A stretch of DNA of 64,000 nucleotides from Albugo candida (Eukaryota). The stretch covers positions 1-64,000 of the forward strand of contig JBDOQK010000003.1 of NCBI GenBank assembly GCA_040437565.1, written 5' to 3'. Below the pieces are notes generated by a model. It saw only the letters and a program-made list of their open reading frames with translations, searched no databases and was not told where the DNA came from. Below, in pieces: positions 1-13,165 of this stretch. The translations under genes were made by a program, and so were the position numbers. How positions within the stretch are numbered: position 1 is the first letter of the stretch; each line of letters opens with the position of its first letter.

Positions 1-516
1 AATTTGATTGGTGATGTTCCCGAGGAAACAAAAAACTCTACTATGGGCTTTTCAATGATGCTCGACGAGGACGATCTTGTGGACACATTGATCTTGTACT
101 AGAAAACAGAGAGAAATTACATCAAGCTTATCAAATCTTGAGAGTTTACAGAAGTAGTGAATTTGTTAAATGTGATTTATGAAATATGATTGTCTATGGG
201 AAATAAGGCTCGTAAAAGATTTTTGACTAGATTGAAAAAGATTCACAACTTCTTACTCGTTCCATTATTTCAATACCGCCAAAGTGTTAGATCTAGAGTA
301 AAATTGCAATAGAATGTGTGTCATGGACAAGTGTACTCATGTAGTTGACGTGAGTACTAATTTGATGTTGTTTTCGTTGGTAAAATGGAAAGTGAATACA
401 TTAGGGTCCTTGGTTGCTGCTACTATTCCAAGCCCTAACATTTACGCATTATCTTATAAGCTCCGCTGTATGAATCTTGATTGGTCAATGATTTTTTGAC
501 GACGGCTTTGAAAATG

Positions 517-1420
517 TTATGTATACTCAGCGATTCCATGTTGCACCTGAGTTGTGACGATAGGGGTACTTAGTAATTTCAAAGGATTTTGTTCATTGCG
601 ACCAATTTCAATTTCGAAAGGTGAGATACCACTTGATGCACTAACGAGAGTGGCATGAGCATATTCAATTGTCCCTAAATATTCGGACCAATCACGTCCA
701 TAATACGAAATCATACAGCGTATAGCGTCTTCCAAAATCAATTTTTGACGTTCTGTTTGTCCGTCGGCTTGTGCTTGATATGAGGTTGTCATCTGCAGAC
801 GGATTCTTATCCACTTAGCAAGAGACGACCAAAACTTCGAAACAAACTTGGAATCTCGATCGCTGATAATAATCGATGGTAGACCATGGTGACGAACGAC
901 ATAATCGAAGAAATAACAAGCTGTCATATGGGCATCATTGTTGCGATTTTGGACGTCCGATATTTTGACCGTTTGGACAATTTGTTGACACATGTCATGA
1001 TAGCATCAAATCCGTTGTATTTCGGTAAACCCGTGATGAAATCCATAGAGATGACTGACCAACATTCTTCTGGCATAGGGATCGGAATGATTTTTCCATT
1101 CTTGCGAGCGTTGCTGAGTTTCCAGCGAGTGCATGTTTCACAACTCCGTACGTGATCTTGAACGTCTTGATTTAATGTGAGCCAATGTTACCATTGAGCG
1201 ATGCGTAGAAATGTTCGTTGAGCACCAGGATGTGCGGCAATGTTGGCGTCAGGAAAGCATGCGATGATAGAAGTTCGAAGATAATTATCTTTTGTGTTTG
1301 GTACACACACGCAACATCATTTGTGACTTAAAGTAAAGCTAATCTTCGCGTTTGACATATAGTGAGTCCAGATGTTTGAGTTGCTCTGCATAATCTGGAC
1401 AAATACGATATCCATGGGCA
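517..1420 (-). pseudogene. Ty3/gypsy integrase (zinc-binding region + rve core), disrupted
   Basis: ORF 517-993 has HGLPSIIISDRDSKFVSKFW...QADGQTERQ, typical of gypsy integrase. Upstream frames give HPGAQRTF..CETCTR and PEECWSVISMDFITGLP. Confidence 0.9.
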
Positions 1421-1596
1421 AATTCATTGTAAACCGAATTTTTCTGACCAACTGAGCGACCTTCAATTTCGACATTCTAGTGTCACATTATCAGCCACAA
1501 GCGAAGGCTCGGTAGCGCTTATAAACGCCCTGTACTTAATTTCCATGTATATCGCCATTAGTAAGCTTCAAATCACCAACATTAAAGTCGCTCATA

Positions 1597-4553
1597 CAGT
1601 GCAAGACATTTATAACCAGCACGTCAAATCGGTAGACAAGAATTCTCTCTCTTCACAGAAAAGATTTAATGTTGAAAAAAGAATTCCATTGTACTAAAGA
1701 ACATACGCTACGCTATAAGATATTGCAAGCCAATTCTTCGTAACTCTATTTTTGGTGGACTAGTAGGGCATTGAAATTCGGCCAATTTCGGCAATTTTCA
1801 ATGGGACGAGCAATATTTGGCCACCCGAAAAACAATAACCTGTATTACTTAATATTATTGGTCTCGAACTCTTTTATCAAGTATGTATGACAAGGTATCA
1901 ATTGAGAAACAGTCTCCGAAAGTATGGTCTCATTAATGTAGTATTAAGCCGTGAGGCAGTTCATGTCCATCAGGATTGAATTTAGTACGCGTAGGTGAGA
2001 ACGGTACTTTTTGACGGCATATTCCGCAGCTTTACCACTTAAATCTTTGCGGTAAACATCCATATACCGCTGAGATTTTTGATAATAGTTCCTTATCTCG
2101 GTCAAACTGACCGATCCAATGCTTTTGGCACCTCGTCCTTTAGTCCACTCCATGAATAATTGCGGTGTTTCCGTGCGTACCGCTTGGCAGGGCCCCAAAA
2201 GTTCTCAATGAAGTTGAGTTCACAATGACATTTCGGATAAGAAATTATCATGTGGCCGACACGAACAATAAGCTCTTCTAACATGCATTTCTGGCAAAGA
2301 AAGTCCGATTGATTTGCCATTATTTTTTTGGCACAGCAGTCCAGTTCGGTTGGAGGACATTTCACGCGACAGTCAAGTGTAAGGCCTGCACGCCAAAGTC
2401 CTCGTTATTCAAGGACAAGTTTGATACCCTTTGCCTTGCCACGAAGCTTTTCAATTGCATGATCTTCTGGAAAACCAGTTCCTGGTAAATTCCATTTCCC
2501 CAAGTCGTTTGTCGCATCATATGTTGTTTGCCACCAGGGCCCAGGTTGATGCGGTTTGCACACAGCGCAGATGGGGATTGCTCGATCAAGTTCCTGGTTG
2601 TAGAGGTCTATTGGCTCCCACCATCCGCCGTGCTGAATTCTAGGGTGCATGATTACACATGCTTGTTCTGGCAGCGTCGGAAACTGCTCTTTTTTCTCTT
2701 GGTCCAAGGCGAGGCGTCCCGAAATTGGACAAAGGAAGTCACTGAAATGAATAGATCTCCCTTGGCCTTTCTTGCGCAATGGTTGTTCTCCATCAGGCAT
2801 CCAAAGGCGCTTCAACTCATCATTGGCAGCAAACGTACTTTCATCATGGGTCACCAGAAGAATTGGTTGAATGTTCGCTGCTGGCCATATTACATCATCT
2901 TGTTTTTTTTCTCGAAATTATCATCTTTTGCAGGAAAAACAGGCATGCGAGCATCAAGTTTATCTAATCTGGCCAGAAACTTTTGACGATACTCAATAAC
3001 ATCTTCTCTTTCATGATCATCAATGCAAATCTCCTTCGCAACTTTGCGGTAGGTTATGTCCAAGGACTGTAGCCAGCGCATCATCGTTCGTTCCGATATT
3101 TTGGGCAAGGAGTGTAGCCTAACTCGGGGAGAATTTCATTCGTTTGTTTTGTCAAGGTTGCAATTTCGACATTGAACTTATTTGAACGGAGGTATTGTTG
3201 CAGGATAATGATACAGTCCTCTTCCTGAAGAAAACTTGATCGCTTGGCGTGTTTCCCTTGCTTCGACTGAGGCAAAGACCCGTCTTTCAAAAAAGTTCTG
3301 GCGCATTTCCGTATTGATCGAGAAAAGTAAACCCCTCTTCCTGCTGCATCTGAGATAAAGGAACTTGCGGCTTTCTTCGTTTTTCTTATTTGGAGTAGTC
3401 TAAAGTACCCGAGTAGCGCTGCTACACGCGCATGTGCTGCATTGTTCTTCCCGTTTGGCTTTCGATTTTTTTTTCAGATTCTCAACTGCCAAACTGATAT
3501 CAGCTTTGGTCCACTCAGTACCCTCGTCTTCATCGGATCCATCATCCAAGTCTGAATCATTTTCGTTATCCACATCCACTTCAGCACCAGCTTCTGTAAA
3601 CATTGGTGTCAGTGTCCAGTATTCAGTCAACGACTTGGTGCCTCTCGCAGCATCCTTTATCACCGCCTTCTTGCGCCTTTGTGTGCGTGATGAATTTCCC
3701 AGATACCGCACTGGTCGGTTGCTCTCGTTGGTTAGCACTGGAACGGAAGCTCTCTCAATATTCCCAACAATCATGTCATCATCTTCCACTTCATTTTCGC
3801 TCCCCATCTGGTATTCATTTTTACTGCAGGCGCTGCTATTTTCAAATTCATGCAGGTCATGAACTTCAATTTTCTGCTTCTTGTTCTTTNNNNNNNNNNN
3901 NNNNNNNNNNNNNNNNNNNNNNNNNNNNNNNNNNNNNNNNNNNNNNNNNNNNNNNNNNNNNNNNNNNNNNNNNNNNNNNNNNNNNNNNNTTCTGTAAACA
4001 TTGGTGTCAGTGTCCAGTATTCAGTCAACGACTTGGTGCCTCTCGCAGCATCCTTTATCACCGCCTTCTTGCGCCTTTGTGTGCGTGATGAATTTCCCAG
4101 ATACCGCACTGGTCGGTTGCTCTCGTTGGTTAGCACTGGAACGGAAGCTCTCTCAATATTCCCAACAATCATGTCATCATCTTCCACTTCATTTTCGCTC
4201 CCCATCTGGTATTCATTTTTACTGCAGGCGCTGCTATTTTCAAATTCATGCAGGTCATGAACTTCAATTTTCTGCTTCTTGTTCTTTGCATCATGTATTG
4301 ATGTCATGTACAAGTGTTTCCTTTTTTTTAGACGTGGCATGGTTACTTTGGGAAGCTATAAATGCAAAAATAACGGAGGGCGTTATCAACTTCTGAAGTG
4401 ATATGGCGATTGATTAACCTACCTACATACACTACTTTTGATTGGCTAAAAACACCGGTTATTTGCACGTTAGAAGTATAGGCTGCATGAAATTAAAATT
4501 TTGAAATTTGGCCGCAAATAGAGGGGGGGGTCGGTTATAAGTGTCTTGCACTA
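1597..4553 (-). mobile_element. IS630/Tc1-like long-spacer DDE transposon, copy A (frameshifted transposase)
   Basis: TIRs CAGTGCAAGACATTTATAACC (1597-1617) and GGTTATAAGTGTCTTGCACTA (4533-4553), flanked by TA. Transposase pieces THDEST, RKKGQGRSIH, PKCHCELNFIENFWG, AEYAVKKYRSH. Confidence 0.85.
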
Positions 4554-6737
4554 TATAGTGCAAGACACTTATAAGTATACCCTTTTTTCTGCGGCCAAAT
4601 ATAATAAATTATAGAATACATATTTATAGATTTTTTTATGGGGACTTCCGGTAGGGACCAAAAACTCACCAGAAATAACCTTTATAGACATTTGTGGTGA
4701 GTTCATGAGATTATCATCGATGAAATAAATCTTAAAGTCCGGCAATGGCCCCAAATCAACCATGCCACGTCTTAGAAAGCAAAGGAATCACCTACGTGCA
4801 CCGTCGAAGGCAGTACGGATAAATAGGAGTCAAAAACTTGGAGTATATAAGGATTTTCATGAACGAAATGCCGAAACAATTTGCCTGAACAGCAATGATT
4901 CATCCCATACAGCCAGTGAATTTGACCGTGAATACGAAATAGAAAATGGCGTCAAAGATGCTGATATACTCATTAGCAATATAGAGAGAGCTGTTTTTCT
5001 AGTTCTGGCCAGCAGCAATCGCTAATGCGCTATGCTGGGAACTCGTTGCGTACACACAGATGCAAGAACGCGATGCTGAAGTAGGCTGAAGTAGGTTCAA
5101 AACCATTAAAGTAGTACTGGTAGCCGAAGGCAACTGTTGTGGACGTTGTTGGAGAGGACGAGATTGATTCGGAAATCGAAGCGGATGATGAAGCTGACAG
5201 CAATGACATTGGCGATGTACATACCGGTTTGTGATCAGAAGTGGCTCTCGTCATGGTAATTGAGAAGCTCATCAAGCTGGAACAGAAGGAAAAAAAATGG
5301 AAAACCATGCGGCGCGTGCCTCTGCAATACTTGCATACTTTTCTTTGATAAAATGCGGAAGAAGAAGGATGTCCTCCATCTCCCTTATCGCAGATGTAGC
5401 TGGAAAGGGGGGATGTTAAGCAAAACTAATGCGTCCTTGGGTTTCCACCTTCCTAAAGAATGGTTTTCTGCCTGAAACGAGGCAACGAAAGCATGCCAAA
5501 CGAAAAAGCTTCCTGCATGATGAAGATTGTATTCTGCCTTTGCAACAGTACCTAAGGTGGAACGCGATGCTTCAACTATACATATGAACATACGAACACT
5601 AAGACCCTTCTGAGATTGGTCTATAATCATTCAACAACAACATCTGACAGAACAATGATGCGCTGGCTGAATGCCTCGAATATCAAGTACCGTGAGGTTC
5701 AGAGGGTCCGTACCCAGCTCAGTCGGTTAAGCACTTAAGCGCAGGGACCCCCNNNNNNNNNNNNNNNNNNNNNNNNNNNNNNNNNNNNNNNNNNNNNNNN
5801 NNNNNNNNNNNNNNNNNNNNNNNNNNNNNNNNNNNNNNNNNNNNNNNNNNNNACGGATAAATAGGAGTCAAAAACTTGGAGTATATAAGGATTTTCATGA
5901 ACGAAATGCCGAAACAATTTGCCTGAACAGCAATGATTCATCCCATACAGCCAGTGAATTTGACCGTGAATACGAAATAGAAAATGGCGTCAAAGATGCT
6001 GATATACTCATTAGCAATATAGAGAGAGCTGTTTTTCTAGTTCTGGCCAGCAGCAATCGCTAATGCGCTATGCTGGGAACTCGTTGCGTACACACAGATG
6101 CAAGAACGCGATGCTGAAGTAGGCTGAAGTAGGTTCAAAACCATTAAAGTAGTACTGGTAGCCGAAGGCAACTGTTGTGGACGTTGTTGGAGAGGACGAG
6201 ATTGATTCGGAAATCGAAGCGGATGATGAAGCTGACAGCAATGACATTGGCGATGTACATACCGGTTTGTGATCAGAAGTGGCTCTCGTCATGGTAATTG
6301 AGAAGCTCATCAAGCTGGAACAGAAGGAAAAAAAATGGAAAACCATGCGGCGCGTGCCTCTGCAATACTTGCATACTTTTCTTTGATAAAATGCGGAAGA
6401 AGAAGGATGTCCTCCATCTCCCTTATCGCAGATGTAGCTGGAAAGGGGGGATGTTAAGCAAAACTAATGCGTCCTTGGGTTTCCACCTTCCTAAAGAATG
6501 GTTTTCTGCCTGAAACGAGGCAACGAAAGCATGCCAAACGAAAAAGCTTCCTGCATGATGAAGATTGTATTCTGCCTTTGCAACAGTACCTAAGGTGGAA
6601 CGCGATGCTTCAACTATACATATGAACATACGAACACTAAGACCCTTCTGAGATTGGTCTATAATCATTCAACAACAACATCTGACAGAACAATGATGCG
6701 CTGGCTGAATGCCTCGAATATCAAGTACCGTGAGGTT

Positions 6738-6981
6738 CAGAGGGTCCGTACCCAGCTCAGTCGGTTAAGCACTTAAGCGCAGGGACCCCCTACCGGGGGT
6801 CGTGACTTCGATACCCGGCAGTGTGGGCAGCGGTTTGAGCCCACCCAAGCAATAAGCTTGGAAAATATCTGCCTCCCTAGGTTTGAAGTCAGACATAAGT
6901 GAGATTCACACGGTCAGGGGCTCATGATAGGATAAGGAAGGTAGTTAGAACCAGATAAACAGTGTAATGAAATCCTTGACA
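6738..6981 (+). mobile_element. tRNA-derived SINE
   Basis: A-box-like CCAGCTCAGTCGGTTAAGC and B-box-like ACTTCGATACC. 15-bp TSD AAGTACCGTGAGGTT (6723-6737/6982-6996). Homologous copies occur elsewhere in the window. Confidence 0.85.
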
Positions 6982-7163
6982 AAGTACCGTGAGGTTGAAA
7001 ACGGCATTTTTGCTGATAGACATGAAAGCGAAGACGTCCTCAACTAACGTCATGAATTTATCCATAGGATTTAAAGCATTATTCAAAGATAATAATTCAA
7101 TTTTAAAATCAGGCTATTTATCCTGGATCTTTTCGGTTTGTTTAAAATAAAATAAAAAATAAA

Positions 7164-7602
7164 TGGGGTTATAAAAAATATACACCAAGATAAATGAAAA
7201 ATAAAATAAAAATACCACAAGATTGAATNNNNNNNNNNNNNNNNNNNNNNNNNNNNNNNNNNNNNNNNNNNNNNNNNNNNNNNNNNNNNNNNNNNNNNNN
7301 NNNNNNNNNNNNNNNNNNNNNNNNNNNNTTGTCAACAATCCTCATGGTGAACAATCCAGTGACCTATGGATACATAAACCGATCTGACACCACCGGACCA
7401 CCGCGAATGCTAAAACTCCCTCATATCGTTATGACGAATTTGTATGAATATCAACGCCAAAAATCCATATTTCTCTATGATCCCAGGCATGTGTATATTC
7501 GTACGTATAGTACACATCCTTGGTACATTTTTTTTATTATTCAATCTTGTGGTATTTTTATTTTATTTTTCGTTTATCTTGGTGTATATTTTTTATAACC
7601 CC
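7164..7602. repeat. AT-rich inverted repeat, probable MITE/TIR insertion (gap inside)
   Basis: ~7164-7228 is the near-perfect reverse complement of ~7539-7602. It lies in non-coding sequence that interrupts the copy B transposase. Confidence 0.55.
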
Positions 7603-9070
7603 AAAAATAAATAGAAAAAACAAAAAAAAAATTATTTAAATAGACAGACATTTAGCGCTAAGGTAAAAAAATGAAGGAGCTAGCACCTCGGATACCTATC
7701 ATCCCACCAAAAGGGGAAGACCGCGAAGGCAAAATAAATTGGCCATCAGCCAATGTTCCACCACTTCTTTTGGTTACCCATAACGAAAGCACGTTCTCCG
7801 CTAATGACGGTTTGAAACGCCTTTAGCTGCTGGATAGGGAACTTCCATTGCGGAAGAAAGGTCAAGGAGGAAGTATTCATGTGAGAGAATTCATGATGAT
7901 GAGGAACCCAATTTAAGGACCTCTAGCATTGGATGGAAAAAAACGAGAGCGGTTTCTTGCGCTACCAGAAGAAGCATGTGTGATTATGCACGCTGGTGTC
8001 CAGCACGATGGCTGTGGGAATATCAGGACCATTATGATCAAGTTCGCGATGGAGCCATACCTATATTTAAGGCTCAATTTCCAGGCATACAAGCCCTTTT
8101 TCCCTTTGATGACGCCACAAGCCGTGCTTCATTTACCAACAATGCTCTCCATGTAAACCAAATGAACCTTTGTCTAGGTGTAAAATGTATTCCCATGCGG
8201 TCGACAAACTGGGGTGATGGATTTCATCAGAAGATGACTTTCCAGAGGATTATGCTGACGAAAAACCTCATCGAAAATCAAAGAGCATAAGGACGCGGTA
8301 TTCAGCGGGTAGGACTCACGTTTGACTGCCATGGACAGTGTCCTCCGATGTTACAAAACCGCTGCGCAAGAAAAATTACCGCAAACCAGCCCGATTTTCT
8401 GCAGCAGAAGTGCATGTTGGAGGAACTGATTGTGCGTTCTGGCCACATATGATTATATTTTGCCCAAAGTTTTATTGCGAGCTTAATTTTATTGTTAACT
8501 TTTGGGGTGCTGCCAAACGATTCGCTCGCAAAAATTGCAATCATTCCTGGGTTGGATTGAAAGAGATGGTCCCAAAGGCATTGAAATCGGTAACTCTGGA
8601 TGAGATATGCCACCACTACCGAAAGGCACAACGACTCATGGACGTTTATCGCAAAGGATTAGGCGGTAAAGCCGCGGAACATGCGGTCAAGAAATACCGT
8701 TCGCACCGACCTGTGCCGAATTCCATCCTGATGGACATAAACTTTCCTGCAGCACGATATTGGATATGTATTACAGAAGCGAAACATTGCGCTCTCTCAT
8801 TGGCTACAGTATATATATCTATTAATAGAAAATATTTGAATGTGGTCACATTTCCATCTCTCCATACAAAATCATTAGAATTCGCCAAACTTCAACCCCT
8901 ACTGTCTCTACTAATATAAAGATACAAACAATCTGGCTCCATTGTAGGCAAGCCAAGTCAATGTGCTTTCCGTATATGGAGCGCATTTTGCTCTATTCTA
9001 ATTCTTATTGTATAAGTAGGAGCTCTTGTCGATGCAATTTATGGTCTGATCATAAGTTTCTTGCACTGTA

Positions 9071-11100
9071 GAATTTCGAACATATAAAAGCGTGAGGATG
9101 AACTTGCGCGATCTTGAACATCGCATTGTTGATTAGGCACAAGTGCCGTTGACAATACGGGACCTTGACGTGAAAAAGCATCGGCTATCACATTCAAATG
9201 ACCTTAAACGTGATGCAGTTTGAATATAAATTGCGAAAAGAATCTCAAATATCAAGCCAGCACAGGTGAAACTTTTGTATGATGAATAAACCATTTGCAT
9301 GCTGTGTTGTCTGTGTAGATGCCAAATGCACGAACATAACGATAATGACGCCACTTCTTCAATGCAAGATTGATTGCAAAACGTTCTTTTTCATGTTTCA
9401 GCCAATTAAGCTCATGAATTCCCAGATTCTTGGAAAAGAATGCAATGGGACATCGCCACCAGAATGAAGCTGAGAAATAACTCCACCAACACAATATCCA
9501 GAGGCGTCCGTTGTCACAATGAACCGTTTGGCATGATCTGGTAGTTTCAACACAGATGCGTCTTGTAAAGCGGACTTGAGTTGCTCAAACTCCTGAGTCT
9601 GTACATTCTTCCATTCCCAAACATGTTCTTTCTTGACTAGAGAGACAAGTAGTAACGAAGGGGTTGCGTAGTCACGAATGAAACGACGATAATAACCAGC
9701 CAAATCCAAGAAACGTAATAGTTATTTCTGTTTTGTCGGAGTCGTACACTTTGCAATATCTGCTCTCTTTCGAGTATACACTGTAAGTCCCTTGACCGAA
9801 ATTGTATGACCGGCCAAAATGACATTTGGACTGATGACAGAATAACTTCTCACGCCGAAGAACTTCAAACAGAATTCCAGGATAGTCAACGTGTTCGTCC
9901 AGATTAGTGGAGAACACACAAATGTCATCTAGATAGACAAAAATGAATTTGTATCTCGCAAAAAGTACTCGCATGATACGAGACCAAACACCAGGCATAC
10001 CAGTCAATCCCGTAGGAGCCACACACCACTGATGACATTCCGCATGTTTGCGATAGGCAGTATACTTGCGCCTTTTAAATGCGATCCACATTTGATGATA
10101 GTCTTGGGCCAGATCCAGAACTGAAACGATGACACAACCACACATCTGAAACATCTGATGAAAACATTCGTCGATGTTAGGAAGTGTAATCTTCGGAATA
10201 ATCGTCTGCGAATTGACGTAACGTTAATCAATGACCCATCGAAGAGGTAGATGCGCATTGTCAGAGCATACCCATTCGGATCGTCATATGTTTTTCCCAG
10301 TAATAGGGTCCTTTTTGGGTACACCAAATATATCTAAAACCCATGGAGAGTCTGAAATTCCGATCCAAACTTTCTTGAGCTTTTGCGCAACGAACATATC
10401 AAGTGCATCTTGTTCGACCTTGGATAGGCGAGACGGGGCACGGTTGCTATGTATAGCATCTGGTTTCATAATGAGATCAAAGTCAAACAAACGTGAAGGT
10501 GGATCTCCATCAGTAAGTGTCTCTGGAAAGACATCTTTAAACTCCTCCAAAAGCGTAGTAATCGATCAAATTACCCTTATCAACCTCCGTCATTAGAGCA
10601 CAGATCTTTACGCGATAGACTTCATCGTACTCCTGGTTTTTGAATTTGCGTTTGCAAGTACGCTGCAGCAATTTCCACATCAACTTCGCTACTTGTACCC
10701 ACACTCGTGTGTGTCGAAGAAAAGCGCTGATGCGGAATTGAATTGCATGAGAACGCCAAACAAGTTTGGTTGGAACTTCGTAAACCAGGATTTTGCCCAA
10801 GATTACATCATGACAGAGCCCAACGGTCATATCATGATTTGTAAATTGCGAAATTAAAATCGATCAAATATGATAGTTACAACCCCTTTTTGATGGGGAG
10901 AATCTTTGTGGAAGTTCTATCAAATCTTCTAACTTGAGAATCACCAGTGTGTCATTTTCTTCACCGAGCTGGGACGAACGACATTACAGGTTGCACCGAT
11001 ATCAAACATAATAGTGACAGGTTTTCCATCACAAGTTCCTTGTTTACGAAAAAGTTCATTCTCCGGATGCACCGGATCCATAGTCGACGTCAAAATCTCT
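9071..11100 (-). pseudogene. Ty3/gypsy pol (protease/RT/RNase H), disrupted
   Basis: LDLAQDYHQ, FVYLDDICVFS (RT YxDD), LAGYYRRFIRDYA, VTTDASGYCVGGV, IYTDN (RNase H); many frameshifts. Confidence 0.9.
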
Positions 11101-11489
11101 TCCATTTCGACAATTTCCACTTCGTTCCCGGAACTTGTAATAGAAGGTGACGCATACGTCGCTCTTGGAGATGTGGAAGCATTGAAGCTTACAGCTGATT
11201 GTTCATGTCAAGTACCGTGAGATTGCTTCTCTTTATTCTTGCGCTTGTAACATTGCTTGGTGACACGACCGGTTTTCTTACAGTAGCGACATTTCCTCTA
11301 CGAAGAATTTGATGGGTAAAAAACGTCAAAATAAAATGATAATAAAAAAAGGGGGGGGGAGGAGCGACGATGTTTTGCACATCCTGAGTCAATCTCCATT
11401 TTTTCTAGAATATTCTCCTGCGTGCGCGGTGATGCAGGTAGCTGATGATGACAATGCTGATTACAGTTTGTACGTAATCGGTCCTGCGA

Positions 11490-12044
11490 CTATACTGGTG
11501 CACGGTAATTCGTCCCGCGGACACGATGAGATCGATCATACTCCTTCATGGCTTGTGAAACTGTAGCACACCGGTGGTATTCTACTTCTTGACGTGTGGG
11601 ACTTACTAGTCTTTGTGTAAGGTAAGTAACCTTAACCAACTCGCTCATATCCGTGACTTGCATTATAGCTTCACAGAAACGAGAAATATAAACTTCAAAA
11701 TTCGGACTGCTCCTCTGTTTTAGTGCGTACAATTGATCACGCATGCGTTCTTGCAGATCAGGGGGTACAAATTTATCATCTACTTGAACGATGAGGTCCT
11801 GCATGTCTTTGATATATGGCTTGTTCAACTCGTACCAAGCTGCGGCATTCCCTTTGCAATTGGCGGTGATGATTGCCAAAATTCGAGCACTTTGACTGAC
11901 ATAGCGCCAGTCGCTGTTCTTTGCTTCGAAGTACTGAGCCAGTTGCTCAAAGTACAAATCGACCGATTCGCTCATTTTACCATAAAAGTGAGGTAAATTG
12001 ATCCCATCGACTTTTCTTTCACGCTTGGTTATAGCTTCAAGCAA
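11490..12044 (-). pseudogene. Ty3/gypsy gag
   Basis: 184-aa ORF with KGNAAAWY..FVPPDLQERMRDQLYALKQ (retrotransposon gag pattern), located between LTR/PBS and pol. Confidence 0.8.
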
Positions 12045-12213
12045 TTGCTGTTGTTTTTCGACGAATTTATTTCGATGAATGTTTTCGTGATGGCGTCAAG
12101 AGACCGCCCTTGGGGGCGCAATGACTTCATGGTAACCCCAAAAAAAAGTCTAACCAAAGACCGGAACAAACGACAAACACTCGGCGATTGTCTTTCCCAA
12201 TGAAGTGACGTTA

Positions 12214-12447
12214 GGGGTCCGCCCCAGCTCGGTCGGTTGAGCACGCGGACTCCCTGCCGGAGGTCGTTAGCTCGATCGCCGGCAGTGTGGGCAGCGGTTC
12301 GAGCTCACCCAAGAAAAAAGCTTAGAAAATATCTGCCTATGTAGGTATGAAGTCAGACCTAAGTGATGTTCACACGGTCAGGGTCTCATGATAGGATAAG
12401 AAAGGTAGTTGAAGAACCAGATAAACAGTGTCATGAAATCCTTGACG
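12214..12447 (+). mobile_element. tRNA-derived SINE (older copy) in the gypsy leader
   Basis: Full-length homology to 6738-6981. Degenerate TSD CCAATGAAGTGACGTTA/CCAATGTCGTGACGCTA. The empty site is visible in the sister gypsy leader near 63895-63915. Confidence 0.8.
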
Positions 12448-12537
12448 ACCAATGTCGTGACGCTAAACAGCGCGTAAGAAAACACCGTTCGGACGACCAA
12501 CGACATTTGGGTTATGGGACTAGCAAGTGCTACCAGC

Positions 12538-12711
12538 TGTAACGCCGGCAGGAGGAAGCAGAGGAAGATATTTGCTGGTGGAGCTTTATTTTTTTAAATG
12601 GAAAGTGCGATTTTAATTTCAAAAAATCCTGGTTCACCTATCTCATTGGCTTATTCAGCTCTCCAACTATATAGACCTATGTATGCATGTACAATGGAGG
12701 TTGTTAAAACA
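12538..12711 (-). repeat. 5' LTR of gypsy element
   Basis: TG...CA ends, followed on the minus strand by PBS-like TGGTAGCAC. Homologous to the LTR at 62239-63819. Confidence 0.8.
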
Positions 12712-13165
12712 TTGAATTTGTTTCTTCTAAAACTGATCTCAGCATAAAAGTCCAGCATATTGCGATAGTTGAGGTTCGTGAAAAGTAGCTAGTCGCATTA
12801 TTTTTAATTGAAGAGATTCCAAATTCCATACTAAATATTCTTCAGTACTTTCGAAATAGCTCAATAGACGCAGATGCTGGTCTTCTTGTCAATTTTTTAT
12901 CGTTGTGACTTGTCGATATGCGCATAATCATGAGCTCCAAAAAATTTTGAATGTGAAATATTTGCTTGATAACCATAGCATCCTTCAATCAAATCATGTT
13001 TTGTATTGAGTGCTGCACATGGTAGCCTGTTGTACCGTAGAGTTCAAAAAGTACACGTTTTTCTGTCAAAATTACACTAAAAAAATAAATTATAGAGCAA
13101 CACCAACCATCTTCTTTGACTAAAGAGTAAGAGTATCATATAATACCAAAAGGAATGGAAAGAAT

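Larger units (their letters stand above)
4556..9068 (+). mobile_element. Same DDE family, copy B (decayed; carries SINE and IR insertions)
   Basis: Left TIR TAGTGCAAGACACTTATAAG at 4556; right end ATAAGTTTCTTGCACTG+TA at 9052-9070. Pieces THNESTF, KKGQGGSIH, PFDDATS, PKFYCELNFIVNFWGAAK, KKYRSH. Confidence 0.85.

Noticed and set aside
3590-4288. Direct duplication across a gap (3590-3889 / 3990-4288)
   Set aside because: Identical sequence on both sides of a 100-N gap; most likely a scaffolding overlap.
4815-6790. ~940-bp tandem duplication including a SINE head at ~5700
   Set aside because: Identical copies abutting an N gap; treated as an assembly artefact, not a separate SINE insertion.
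6741-6825. tRNA gene call for the SINE heads
   Set aside because: No complete cloverleaf; followed by a conserved body and flanked by TSDs.
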